63,187 nt of DNA, filler included, from Pelomyxa schiedti (GCA_020536535.1; 19 parts of 19 records of this genome joined end to end with filler, not necessarily neighbours in it), one strand, 5' to 3'; positions 24,801 through 37,120 are shown, counted from the first letter of the whole stretch. Program-made: numbers and translations. The notes: a model not told the origin generated them from the sequence alone.

Positions 24801-26246
24801 CAAGCTGCATGTTGAAGAACTCCAGAATGAGATACTGAGCAATACACGAATTTCAGAGCAACGTGCAGCTGAGATGGAGCAAACCAAAGCAGACTGCCAC
24901 AGTCTGCAAGACTGCCTTTCACATGCTGAACTAGAAGCAAAGATGCTACAAGAAAACCTGGTCAATTCAAAAGAGCGCATTAAACAGCAGCAAGAAGACC
25001 TTGATAAGTGTGCCAAGGCTTATGAAGCGCAAAAAGAGGAAATCAATGTGCACATCCAAGAACTGTCCAAGAGTGAGCAGCAGAACCAGGAATACACCAA
25101 GCAAATTGCTCTTAAAGTTCAGGAAAATCAAAAGTTACAGCTTGACCTTGACAGTGCAAGAATAACTATCTTCGATATGAAATCTGTCACTGAGCAATTA
25201 ACGTCACAAGTGGCCAGACTTGAAGCAGAGTTGACAACTATGGCGCAAATGCACGCTAATAAAGAAGAAGCGCACCTAGAGCAAGAGGGAAAAGCCAATG
25301 AAGAGATTAGCAACCTCAGGCGAGCACAAGCAAGTCTTGAAGAGGTCCTGAGAAATCAGCAAGAATCTCAGAAGAACCTCGAAATTAGTCTTGCACAGAT
25401 GAAAGAGTGCAATGGTATTCAAGCCAATGAACTGGATGAATGCAAGCAACAAAGTGAAGCCATCAAAGAGAAAAATAGTCAGCTTGAAGATAAAATTAAA
25501 AAAAAGAAGTGTAAAATCGGGGCACTGAAGAATGACTCCACACAACAAACACTTAAAATTAAAGCACTGGAAGGTGAAGTTGCCTACAACCAAGAGCACA
25601 TACAAAGCCTCAACCGTGAAGTGGAAGGTGCAGCAAAAATTAATTGCTCCCTAACTGCTGATGTCACTGCACTGCATAAACAAATCGAGGGACTCAATGG
25701 GGAACTCACTCAAAGCAACCAGCAGCTAAAAGAATTGGATTTTGCACTGAAGCAGCAAACACAATGTTGCAAAGATCTGGAAAGCAAAGTAACAACGCTC
25801 CACAGTGACATCACAGCTGCTCAGTCCAATCTGTCTGCATTAAGGGAGGAAAACTTGGCCCTGAACACAGAAATTGACCTCCAAAAGCACAAGGTTGCAG
25901 CTCTCGAAACAGAGCTCAGCACACACAAGCAACAGAGTGAGAATGAAATCTTGAAGTACCAGATGAAGTGTACTTCACTTGAAACTGAGTTGCAAGCATC
26001 ACAAGAGCGAAGCCAGGTGCTAAACGTTGAATTGAACAAGAGCAACCTGAGAGCTCAGGATTTTGAATCCAAGTGGAAACTGTCTGAAGATAACATTTCA
26101 CAGCTTCAGCAGAGGGTATCAGAGTTGACAACACAATCCGCAGCGGAAATAGAGCGCCTTAACCAGCAACATGGACTCGACCTGAACAAATTGGACCAAC
26201 AGCTAAAATGTCTGCAAGAAGAAGTTGAAAAGCAAACAACAACTAT
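18850..26246 (+). CDS. Giant coiled-coil protein (>2300 aa), both ends truncated
   Basis: The 1536-aa and 868-aa E/K/Q/L-rich ORFs join through a phase-0 intron (23268-23347) and the 121-nt overlap across the gap at 23589-23688. Confidence 0.9.
20870..22870 (+). repeat. 42-bp (14-aa) coding tandem repeat
   Basis: AALNTEKQNALEQQ-type units with period 14 (two heptads). Confidence 0.9.
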
Positions 26247-26346
26247 NNNNNNNNNNNNNNNNNNNNNNNNNNNNNNNNNNNNNNNNNNNNTTAATTAATT
26301 AANNNNNNNNNNNNNNNNNNNNNNNNNNNNNNNNNNNNNNNNNNNN

Positions 26347-28278
26347 GGGGCCGCGCCCGGCGGCGGGGAGAAGGCCCAGAATCGGGAGGGAGAGGGCGAG
26401 GGAGCAGGAGGAGAGGGAGAGGGAGAGGGGGAGGGAGCCGAGGGGAAAAGGCCTCCTGGGGATGGTGGTGATGAAGAAATGGAGGAACAGCAGAGGCGGC
26501 GGGAGGCGGGAGAAAGCGACAGGTTGGCGGCGCTGGTCAGGACACTGGTGCCGGCCAAGGTGAGTAACAAGGCGGCAACCGGGAGCAGGAGCGGGAATGG
26601 AAAAGAGGGGTGTTGTATATTGCCAGTGTTGGGAAAAGTGACCGCTTTTAAGGTAGGCATCAAACAAAAAAAAAAATTGTTTGTAGTATTATAGCCCAAT
26701 ATGTAAAAAGGATGACATTATCTCAGTACTTCCAATGCACCTTACGCCATGCTTTATACATCATCTGTTCCAAGCACTTGTAAAGGTTACTACTGCTTAC
26801 TTCGGTATTTCTTTTTCACACTTTTTAGGAGTATCACCAAGAAGAAGAAAAAAATTTTGTTTGTGAAACATGCAGATGCAGGAGGAAACTGGAGGTAAAC
26901 CTGTAATTTCCTCCTATTTCTGCCCATTTCCACTCCTTTAAACATTTTGTAGATTGAAGTTTTCCGGGTTTTCATTAAAAAGATATTTTCATTCCAAGAT
27001 AATTCGCGAAAAGAAAAGGAGTCTGCCATTGCCATGCAGAGCCTTTTGGAAGAAGAATCCAGTCGAACAAACAGGAAGCCAAAGGTAATTAAGGAGAAGT
27101 CCGCGGCAGCCGACAAAAAGACAAATAGCACACAAAGTACCACTCGTAGTAAACCAAAACCTTCCAAACCCACCCCCACTATGAAGGCACTTCCCAAAAC
27201 AGATACATTAACGCACAGAACTATAACTGGGAGCCAACCGATTAGTATGTCATTGCTAGCAAGTGATGACATCAATTTAGCCCCGAAGATACTGCCTAGT
27301 ACTGGATCCTGGGAATTTGTGAAAAAAAAGAAAAGTAAGAAACCACCAACCCCAGTCGAACAGATACCAGTTGCTTGCCAAGGTCACCACACATATCACC
27401 TTCGTAACCCTGTGGAACACAACCACATTCCACACATCCACTGCCAGAATCCAAGGCCCACTTCTTCCCAGTGTTCCCTTGCATCAGCTCCAACTTTTTC
27501 ATGGGGCTCCAGATGCACAGTTCCACCCAACAATGAGACGGGCAGCACTTGCACACAAACCTCTTCCAACACAATTCCTTCTGAACCCTTACCTCCCAGT
27601 CAAACTGAACAGACTACTGAGAAAGTACCAGAACCACAAGCTTCCCCCCAACACCCGGAACCCATCAACAAAGTGAGAATATTGGAGGCCATCACAGCCC
27701 TCNNNNNNNNNNNNNNNNNNNNNNNNNNNNNNNNNNNNNNNNNNNNNNNNNNNNNNNNNNNNNNNNNNNNNNNNNNNNNNNNNNNNNNNNNNNNNNNNNN
27801 NNTGAACCCTTACCTCCCAGTCAAACTGAACAGACTACTGAGAAAGTACCAGAACCACAAGCTTCCCCCCAACACCCGGAACCCATCAACAAAGTGAGAA
27901 TATTGGAGGCCATCACAGCCCTCGTCAATCAAGTGAGTCTCCTCCACATAAACCACTTCTTCTCTCATCACATTTTGTTACAACAAGATACCTGTGTTTG
28001 ATGGGAAAGATATTACTCCAGAAGACAATGACTGGCTCAAGTCCGCACTACAACCTCTGCTACCAAAACTATCAGAGTACCTCAGTACTACCACTACTGG
28101 TAGCAGCAGCAGCAGCTCTTTATTTCACAGACAGGTGCACCTTGAGAATACACAACATTTCCCAGGGTCATGCTTCTGGTTGCCTGACCTTTTCGCGAAC
28201 GAGCACTCATGCTGGCTGCAATGTGTCAATGACGGTGAATCCTGTTGCTGTTCCCCACCATCAAAAACCAACCCATGA
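26347..28278 (+). CDS. Low-complexity hypothetical protein; 5' truncated, multi-exon, spans scaffold gap
   Basis: Charged/Pro-Thr-rich ORFs 26479-26694, 27034-27897 and 27994-28278, separated by GT-AG intron-like segments. Confidence 0.45.
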
Positions 28279-28360
28279 ATCAAAAACTTTCTTCGTTTGA
28301 CATTAACGTTAATGTTTTCCCATCACTCCACTAACGGCGAAACATCGCCGAAGAAAATAG

Positions 28361-29647
28361 GTGATGAAACGAGAGATACCAGCGGCGGCGTCGTCGACGA
28401 TTGAGGCCGTCATCGACGCACGATCGCAGTTCGTTGCGTTTGCGTGTGCGTCGATCGACAGGTGTGGCCGACGCAGCCCGGCCCGCCTTTTCCTTGTTGA
28501 GAACCCCGCCGCGTTCGAGGAATTCGGCCCGCAGTGGGTCGTCGGCTGCGCCAGGAGGGTCGGGACCACCCTCTCGTTCCGGGCCATGCGCGCACCCGTG
28601 TGTGACATCTGGACACCCGAAGGCCGTTGCTACTACTTCAAGGCTGCCGCCAGGGTGGACGTGTTCATTGGGCTGAGTGCCACCCTGGGGGTGGTGTGGT
28701 GCAAGTGCTGGACAGCGAGCGAGGCGCCACTGAGGATGGGTGATGGGTGGGCTGTGGAGAGGTCACTGGGTGGTGGTGGTGGTGGCGGTGATGGCGATGG
28801 AATGGGAAGGTACCTGGTGACAAATAAATCGTATCAGGGACTTGGATGTGTGCTTGATTGTGCCAAGCACACAGTGGAACTGCTGATGTACCCAAAAGCG
28901 GTTTCAGAGAGCCTTGCGTCTGGATTCTGGGTGGCCAATCGCAAGTGGCTGGTGTTTGCAATCACTCCATCCCAGGAAACCCTGACCAATCTCATTGTGT
29001 GGAAGATGAGCGAGGTTGCTCCTTCATCTGTGAGACATGGTACTTATTTGAAACTCACTGTGCTTATTGAAGTGTGTGGTGCCATGTTCTCCCATTTCAA
29101 TCCTTGTGGTGATGAGCTTGTTGTCAGTGCGTCCTCATCTACTGATGACGGGAGTGGGTGCCTTTACTTTGCAGACCTCGAGAAGAGTGTTGAAGCAGGA
29201 AAAGTAGTTATCACCCATACACTCGCAATTTCAGAACCTGCGTTTGACTTGCTCTGGGCTGCACCTGACACAATCCTCGCAATGCACTTTGGTAGTTGTG
29301 GGATCAAGGTCTACAACACAAAGACGAGGGAGCTGCAGATATTCCCTCATTCAGAGTACCAGCACCTGGAATGCATTCCACCTGCACACTTTGCGTTGAT
29401 GCTCAGATATCCTCCAGGGAACACAGTGAGAGAGGTATACAGCACTTCAGACACCAGGCACCCATTGAGTAAAATTGAACGCAGCGAATTGGACCCTGAC
29501 TGGCAGGTACATTCCACTGACCCCGGAATCTATGCCCTGCAGATATTCCCAGGTTCACCAGCACAGCAGACATCACTGCAGTTATCAGTCTATGATGCAA
29601 TAACAGGCCAATCAATTGCGATTGTCACCATTACACCCACCCTGTGA
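28361..29647 (+). CDS. Lineage-expanded family protein with F-box-like N-terminal motif and beta-rich C-terminus
   Basis: Single-exon 428-aa ORF. The motif DARSQFVAFACASIDRCGRRSPARL is shared with ORFs at 51328 and 61781. Confidence 0.8.
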   Translation: MMKREIPAAASSTIEAVIDARSQFVAFACASIDRCGRRSPARLFLVENPAAFEEFGPQWVVGCARRVGTTLSFRAMRAPVCDIWTPEGRCYYFKAAARVDVFIGLSATLGVVWCKCWTASEAPLRMGDGWAVERSLGGGGGGGDGDGMGRYLVTNKSYQGLGCVLDCAKHTVELLMYPKAVSESLASGFWVANRKWLVFAITPSQETLTNLIVWKMSEVAPSSVRHGTYLKLTVLIEVCGAMFSHFNPCGDELVVSASSSTDDGSGCLYFADLEKSVEAGKVVITHTLAISEPAFDLLWAAPDTILAMHFGSCGIKVYNTKTRELQIFPHSEYQHLECIPPAHFALMLRYPPGNTVREVYSTSDTRHPLSKIERSELDPDWQVHSTDPGIYALQIFPGSPAQQTSLQLSVYDAITGQSIAIVTITPTL

Positions 29648-29973
29648 TGTGAACGGCACTTACACTGAGTTACTACTTTATTCTTTGAGTCCCCATGCAT
29701 AATTTTCCAGTCAAATCCCAATAAAATATTAATAATTTATTATTAAGTATTATTTAATTATAATATTTATATTATTATATAAATGCCACAGGTGTATGGT
29801 TGTTGGGTGTTGTCAACAGCCGTTCTAAATCTCCCCCATTAATAATGCCCAGTTGGGGAAAGCTAAACGGCGTTGCCAGAATCGTTTTCACGCATCTTTG
29901 GTTACTAGATCAGATCATCGTATCTTCGTTCAACATCGACAAAAAAAAAACCACAACAGACAACATTGAAAAC

Positions 29974-30892
29974 ATGACAACAACACCGTTGTCTGGGAGA
30001 CACCCCACGACGACGACGACTAGAGAGATGGCCATGTCGCGCGCTGTGGCGGTCTCGCGCGTGGTGTGGGACTCGGTGGTGCCCTGGCTCGTGCCCGAGG
30101 CGGCGTCGGCGTCGTGGCGCGACCCGGCGGCGACGGCGGGGATGAGGCTGAAGCACGCGGTGGCGCTGTGCGTGGTCGGCGAGGGGCTGTTCCCCCTGAG
30201 GGGGCTCGTCCGCAGGGCCCTCGTGCGGCACTCCAACAAGTGGCACATGGCCCTGCGCGCAGCGGCGGAGGCCGGGAGCCCCTCGTGCGTGGACTGGCTG
30301 GTCGCCACCAGGAGGACGCAGAGGGAGACCGAGGACAACGACGAGCTCATGGAGGAGGAGGCGAGAGGGCGGGAGAGAGAGCGAGGGGGGGAGGAGGGGG
30401 AGGGGGAGGGTGGAGGTGTGATTAATCATCAGCAGCAGATGGAGGCAGCGATGAGGAGGAGGAGAAGGAGGAGGGAGAACAAGGAGTTCGTGTGTGTGCT
30501 TGCGGGGCTGTGTGTGGGCGGACACCTGGAGATGGCTCAGAGGCTGGTCGGCGGGGGCTGTGGCTGTGGCGCTGTGTCTGCGTCTGTGTCTTGTGGCGGT
30601 GGTGAGAGTGATGAGGGGCATGAAAATTACTGGGGGGATCAGGAGCTGTGCGATCACGTGAGGGAATCAGGAACCCTGTGGAGGGTCTGTCAGAGGGGGT
30701 GGAGTGACGTGGCTAAGTGGCTGGTACAGAGGTTCGGAATCAGGGAACCATGGGAATTCGTGCGGCCGCTCGAGGGTGCACTGGAAGGGAATCAGCTGGA
30801 GTTGGCTCAGTGGATGGTTGGCACCTTCGGCTTGGCGGAAAGGTTCAGGAGATACAGCACTCTGGACCTGCACTCGAAGGCGTGCAAGAGTG
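29974..30892 (+). CDS. Ankyrin-like repeat protein; 3' truncated
   Basis: ALRAAAEAGSPSCVDWLV, LCVGGHLEMAQRLV, VCQRGWSDVAKWLV, ALEGNQLELAQWMV. Confidence 0.75.
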
Positions 30893-31436
30893 NNNNNNNN
30901 NNNNNNNNNNNNNNNNNNNNNNNNNNNNNNNNNNNNTTAATTAATTAANNNNNNNNNNNNNNNNNNNNNNNNNNNNNNNNNNNNNNNNNNNNTTACTGTA
31001 TCAGTGCGATGCCAGCAGTCAATTGCCACTGTTCACAGACTCAGCCGGCGAACGTAACCCCATAGAGGCCCAGTGTTGGTCGCGCTATCGCCTCGTGCAG
31101 GGCCCTTGTGCCCATTGGTGAGACATCTGACCCTTAGGCGTCGTCATTGTGCTTTCCACTTCCCCCAGTCTCTGCCCTGTTCCAGATAGAGTGGCGATCA
31201 GCTGGAGTTTGCCTTGGTTATTTTTTTTTTTTTTGGCGTGGGTCCTGTTCTACTGGTTGGAATCCTCAAATCAGGCCTTCCTCCCCTTTGGGAATTCCCA
31301 CTGCCCTTCGTTGCACTTGTGATCCCACAGCAACCTTCCCCTTCAGCGGTATCAGCCAACTCACTGCTGTGCGTATTGTTGCCCCTGTGGTAGTTCACTG
31401 TCTGCTGCATGCTGTCGTCCTGCAGTGCCTCCCCTG

Positions 31437-31935
31437 CCTCCTTCTATCAAGGGGCAGTGTCCTCATCCTGCCATCTCCTCCTTCTTTCGAGGGGCTGACG
31501 AGGAGCAAGATTCCTTCCTCCCGCCTCTCCAGCTGTGCCTCCTCCTTATATCAAGGAGTGGTGTGTGTCCACCTCCTTCTATCAATCAAGGAGCTACCTT
31601 CCATCCTCCTTCTATCGAGGATCAGTTTCCTCCTACTTCCTCTTTCAACAAAGAGCAATGTCCTTATCCTGGTTCCTCCTTCTATCAAGGATCAGTTTTC
31701 TCCTCACACCTCCCCCTTCTATCGGGGAGTACTATCCTTGTCCTCCTTCTTCTTCTTCGATGAGCAATGTCGGAATCCCCCTCCTCCTTCTATCGAGGAG
31801 CCACCTTCCATCCTCCTTCTGTCGAGGATTGGTTTCTTCAATCAGTTTCCTCCTGCTTCCTCCTTCTATTGAGGGCAGTATCCTCCCACTTCTGTCAAGG
31901 AGCAAAACCCTTGTCTGGCCTCCTTCTCAAGGAGC
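31437..31935. repeat. Array of about 14 palindromic CCTCCTTCTATCAAGGAG-like units with variable spacers
   Basis: Unit starts at about 31437, 31477, 31541, 31572, 31605, 31636, 31675, 31712, 31742, 31783, 31812, 31859, 31885, 31919. Core CTCCTT-n5-AAGGAG. Spacing does not preserve frame. Confidence 0.85.
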
Positions 31936-32504
31936 CAGCACCTCCTGCAATCATCGTTTTTCCATTGGCCACAGGCCTGGCGCCTTCTCTCATGGTGTGG
32001 TCATGTCCGGAAGTGGATGTTGGAGTTAGTGAGGAGATGCAGAAGTTGCAGAAATGGTTTGGGAGGGAATATGTTGTTGAGTAAGGGGGTGTTGTTCCCT
32101 AAGTTCATCAGTTGTATACAGGACCACGAATTGCTTTGAGTAAATTAATTTAAAAAAGCAAACAAAAATTATGGTAGAAAGATACATCAGAATGAGACCA
32201 CTCTGAAAGAGTGGGACAACCTGTCTTTCGAATAAGTAGGAAGTCCTTGTCATGATTCACAACTTCCTCATTAAAAAAAACAACAACACTAAACCTCTGT
32301 GTCCTTAGGAACCTTATGTCCACTTGCTGTGGAGATTGTTACTGCTGCTTTTTGTTGTCCACCAAACACCTCCACTGATTTCCTAGAGTGCCGAGAGACA
32401 CTTTGGCCGAACCGGACCACAATCCAACAACGTGTGCTGTTCCGATGTCCTGTATGTAATGTATTTTGATTTTCTATCCGGCTCGATCAAGACACAGATC
32501 TATC

Positions 32505-32614
32505 GGCGGCGAAAATTGTGGTGCGAAAACTTTCATCACTGATCGTGAGACGCCAAAGTTTTCAGCAACGAAAGTTTTCGGCGACGAATGTTTTACAGAA
32601 CGAAGGTTTCTCAA
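32505..32614. repeat. 16-bp tandem repeat x4 plus related motifs
   Basis: CGCCAAAGTTTTCAGC AACGAAAGTTTTCGGC GACGAATGTTTTACAG AACGAAGGTTTCTCAA, preceded by GGCGGCGAAAATT and TGCGAAAACTTT. Confidence 0.7.
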
Positions 32615-33949
32615 CATAGGGTAGTCTATGGTGCCTACCACACTTGCCATCCCACCATCACCTCACTCCATGAGCAGCATCTTCTCCACTCCTTTGGTAT
32701 TTGCTTCCCACGGTGCTGTGCCTACTGCTGCTCTTGGTTCCCGTGCTGTTGAATGGGCTTATATCAGCACACTTACTCATCAGTTGCACCTGTGTTCCTG
32801 TGGCCGCCGTTTGTATCCTTACCAACCTGTCACCCTCACTTCTGCTCTCCCCATGGTGTTCTCATTGCACTGCTGCTCACACCTCCAGTGCCACCCTCCT
32901 GGCTGCTAGCCAAGTGCTGTAGTTGGTGTAGTACGCTGGTTGAAAATCAGTGGTCCTCAGTGTTGTATTGAATGTGGTACCAACAATTTCTGACTCGACC
33001 CATCTCCATTGGTGAGACACAGCCGATTTTTACTGGCCCATGATTCCGATTGCTTACTGAACTGTCCCCAGCTGAGTAGAGACACCATTGTCATATCACC
33101 TCCTTACCGCCTTCTAAGGTTCCAGCCATCTCTGGTTGCCTTGTGTCCTGTTTGGTGAAATCTAAGTCTGTCGATCGGAGCAGACCTCCTGTTGCCAGTG
33201 AGCTACCTGGCCCTGCCTTGCTGTCTAGGTCAACAGTCTCCTCTTCCCCTGGAGTCTTCTGGGCGGCTGACATCTTCAAATGTGCTCCCTTGAGAGCCAC
33301 TGCAGTTGATCCTGCTGTGCTGTGTCCACTGTAGTATTTGCTGGCACTGCACCACTCGAGGACAACATCGCTACGTGTTTGTCCATACTGACGAGGGGAT
33401 GATACCTTCGTTTTCCGACTCCTCGCGTTTGTTGGGCACACTCTGTTGCGTTTTTACTGTGGGCTCCCCTTGCGAATTGTTGCGTTTTCCATCGATCACC
33501 GTTTACATCTCCTCCACAAGCACGAGGCTCGCCTTCGCCTTCGTTTTCGTTTCGTTTTCGTTTTTCCTTTCGTTTTTCGCTTTGTGCTAGTCAATGACTC
33601 GCCACAGATAGTGAAGAGTCTTTCGCAGCAGTCTGCAGATTAACACAAAGAAAGAATAACATCCGGACCAGATAAAAGCTTGTTCGCTGCTAAAGTTGTT
33701 TGGCACAGCCATCCAGTGACTTCGCGTCGCTGTTCTAATCACTGATGGATTTCTGGGAAAACTACCGCGAATCTGTTGGGACCCTGAGGGAGATTCAGGC
33801 GACACCTAGAACTGATTCTAGCGCCTTTATCAGGCGGGAACAACACCATCGTAGTTGAGCAAGCAAAAGCTAAAGTAATAAACAATAAACTCTTGTGTTT
33901 GTATTCGGGCTTCTTTCTCCCTTACACAAGTAAAACAACAACCATCAAC

Positions 33950-35338
33950 ACCCCGGCACACCTCACAGTGTGGTGGTCACTATCCAAACCCAATCTACCT
34001 CGCCACACTATCGTTCAAATTTCATTTCGACACGGCCTCAGTAACGTTGCAGTCGCAATTCTGCCGCCGGTGGAACTGGCGTGCCGGTGGTTGCAAGTGA
34101 TTCCCTCCCCATTTCTAACGCTACCCTCACTCTCACTCAGCAACCACACCACAACCATAGGTTCGGGAGCCAGTGTACCTTCAAGCACGCGTGCGTGGTA
34201 TGCGGCAGCCCCGGGCACACCGCGCGGCAGGCCCACGGCGGCCTCGCCGGCCCCGCCCGCAGAGCCATGCTCACTCCCGCCGACGGCGGCCTGTTTCAGC
34301 CGCACCAGGGGCCCCTGGTCGACTCCCCCTCGGACACTACCAGCACCACAACCAGCGCCGAGTGGGACGCCGCTGCCGAGAGGGACAAGGCTGAGCAAGG
34401 GGAGGGGGAGAGGGAGAGGGAGAAGGACAGGGCGCGGGGCCTCGGGGACTTTGGCGCGTCGGTGGGGAGGCTGCGGGCCACTGGGAACGAGCACTTCAGG
34501 GAGGGGCGGTACGACGAGGCGCTGAGGTGCTACAACGCCGCGGTGTCGCGCCTGCGGGCCGTGGTCCCGCACCCCGAGGCCTACCAGCACTCATGCCAAT
34601 TGTCCGCTACTACTGCCGCTGCCGCCACTGCAACTGACTCCTCTGACTGTGCTTGTGGCGGCGACGTCGGCGCCGTAGCCGTCGGTGTCGGCGTCGGCGA
34701 TTCTACCGAGTCCCGTGCCCAGACTGGGAATGATTCTCGCTCCGAATCGCCGCGGACTGGCTGCCCTACGCCGCCACCGCCTGCGACAAGCACCGCGGAA
34801 CGCGTGAGTGACGGTGAGATGGAGATGGAGAGCGAGGGAACATCGGCGGAACATGAGCCTGTCGTGGAGTATGGCGCCATTTCACAGGCTTCTGTGTCCG
34901 TTCTGCTGTGTAACGCAGCTGCATGCTGCATTCAGTTGGGCGATCCAACAAAAGCCGCATTGTACGCTGGAAGGGCCATTGTATATGATGAATCAAACAT
35001 CAAGGCCTGGTACAGACGTGCCTGCGCCTGTATGTGTTTTTTTTTGCCGTTCTCTCTCTCTACACTGTGTGCTTTCACACAAACTCAAAAAAGATGAACA
35101 ACTGGGGAAGTACACTGAGGCGGAAAACGACTTGATGCACATACTAACAGAAGAACCACACAATTTGGCAGCACAGGCCAAACTGAGGCAGCTTCAGGAA
35201 CAATTTCATCAACGAGAGGCTACACTGTGTAGAAATATGCTATGTATTCCGGAACCGACACCCACATTGACAACAGCAAATCAAAGTGACAACCAATGTG
35301 ACAATTTGGTTGGGCACAGCATTTTTGATGATGAGTGA
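33950..35338 (+). CDS. TPR protein (FKBP/CyP40-type TPR) with N-terminal Cys/His zinc finger; start uncertain
   Basis: FCRRWNW...CTFKHACVVCGSPGH; LRATGNEHFREGRYDEALRCYNAAV; LLCNAAACCIQLG..AALYAGRAIVYDESNIKAWYRRACA; QLGKYTEAENDLMHILTEEPHN. Confidence 0.75.
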
Positions 35339-35387
35339 ATGAATGTAGAGGAAAACAATATCATATTAATATTCACGTTTTCTTGTC

Positions 35388-36404
35388 TCAAGTCCTAAAA
35401 CGGGCCTCCCTTCCTCTGTTGGCTGTAGCCTCCCTCTCTTTGTCCCTTTCTCTATCCCGCTCACGGTCTCTCTCACTGTCCCTGATTCTATTGCTCCGCG
35501 AAGGTGAGTCACGCTGTCTCATAACATCCCTGTCCCTCTCTCTGTTGTCCCTTCTGAAGTCTCTTTCACGGTTATCTCTGTCTCTATCCCCCCTTTCTCT
35601 GTCACGGTTATCTCTGTGCCTGAATTCTCTTCCATGTGGCTCATTTGATGACCTAGCGGCATCAGCAGCTCGAAGCTCGGCGGCATCAGCAATTGTAAGA
35701 CTTACATCAAGAAAATCACCAACTTCAAAATGCAATTCGTCAAGAGTCTTGTTCTCATCCTCGGAATGGCCTATTCCCCATGTGCTTCCAACCTTTTTTC
35801 AATAAGGTTATGTTGAATGTAATGAATAGGATTAGAGCGGTGTGTTTTTGTTTAGATGGTAAAAGTGACAATATTTTACCTCCTTGATTACATTTCGGCC
35901 CATTTTATCCGGATAAACAAATGCAAACCCTATTTTTGCCTCACGTCTGCGTGCCACTTCCCGTACTTCTTTTATCAACTCAGTCAATTCGCGGAGTGTT
36001 GCATCACGCCTAATAACAGTGTCAATTTCATTATCACTGCTCTATGAATCCAGTAACCATGTGTGAATCTGCAATTCGTCCTGCAGAGGCTCCTTGCCTC
36101 TCACCTGGTATTCCTCGATGGGGTGGTGGCCCCCTGCACGAGTGAAAACCCTCAATAACAAAGGGCAAGTCTATACCACCAAAGTAAACAAAACAAAGGC
36201 GTAGAGCTCGAAGTATTTAAAAAAAAAAACGAACAAAAGGCACGCGAATGACACACGAACCTTCTCGCGATCTACGTCGCCCGGTTTGAGGATCTTTCTC
36301 GACGGCACCGCAACAGAGGCTTCCGAAGTGACCGTTGACGTAGGGGCTGTAGAAGATGTAACAGCGGCACTACCACCACTCGCCAACACCGGATCTGTTT
36401 TCAT
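35388..36404 (-). CDS. SAP18: Sin3-associated protein SAP18 with RD/RS-rich C-terminal tail
   Basis: Exons give VDREK..., VFTRAGGHHPIEEYQVRGKEP..ELQIHTW, ARRREAKIGFAFVYPD, DENKTLDELHFEVGDFLDVSL. Confidence 0.92.
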
Positions 36405-36617
36405 CTTCGTGGAGCCTTTTTTTTCCTGTGATTTCAAGAAAGAGAAAATTCGCCTTGGCATGTTAGGCAAGGGATGCCAACAAAAAAAAAGGACCCTAGT
36501 ACTACATACAGGTCGGTGTGATTTTGGATACACACAAACACACAGAAAGAAAAGGAGAACAGGCAAGTTTTTTTGTTTTTGTTTTTTTACTCTGGGGAAT
36601 ATGTAACAAAGGGAGAT

Positions 36618-37120
36618 TTAGTGTCCGTGTTTCTTGTGTGCCTTCTTGGCGGCTTTCTTGGCATCGTGGGCATCGATCTTCTTCATCTTTCCCTTCTTGC
36701 TCATGTAGTATCCTGGTGGGCATCCAACAGCTATTAAAAGAAGTACGTGAGATTCAAGAAACGAGGAAGTAATAAAACACCCCTCCGCACACAGCCCCCA
36801 CCACAAAGTCAGAAAAGTACAGGGGGAGGACATACTGTTAAGGCCCATGTGCATTCCGGGAGGGGGCATGCCCATTCCCATGCCAGGTGGTGGCATCATT
36901 CCGGGCATCATGCCTGGTGGTGGCATTCCCATGCCCATGCCGGGTGGCGGCATCATTCCTGGCATCATGCCTGGTGGCGGCATGCTTCCCATCATCCCGG
37001 GTGGTGGCATTCCGGGGTATCCCATTGGTTGACCTGGCATCATGCCGGGCATGGGCTGGCCTGGCATCATTCCTGGCATTGGTTGGCCGGGCATCATTCC
37101 GGGTTGTCCAGGGTAACCTT
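36618..37120 (-). CDS. Small Pro/Gly/Met-rich protein with basic C-terminus
   Basis: PGQPMPGMM and PPPGM repeats. Final exon GCPPGYYMSKKGKMKKIDAHDAKKAAKKAHKKHGH*. Start codon not resolved. Confidence 0.65.

Noticed and set aside
18969-26134. Many minus-strand Cys/Ser/Leu-rich ORFs
   Set aside because: Antisense shadows of the repetitive coiled-coil gene.
31437-31935. CRISPR array
   Set aside because: Repeats are short and degenerate, spacer lengths vary widely and some spacers are related to each other. No cas genes; eukaryotic context.
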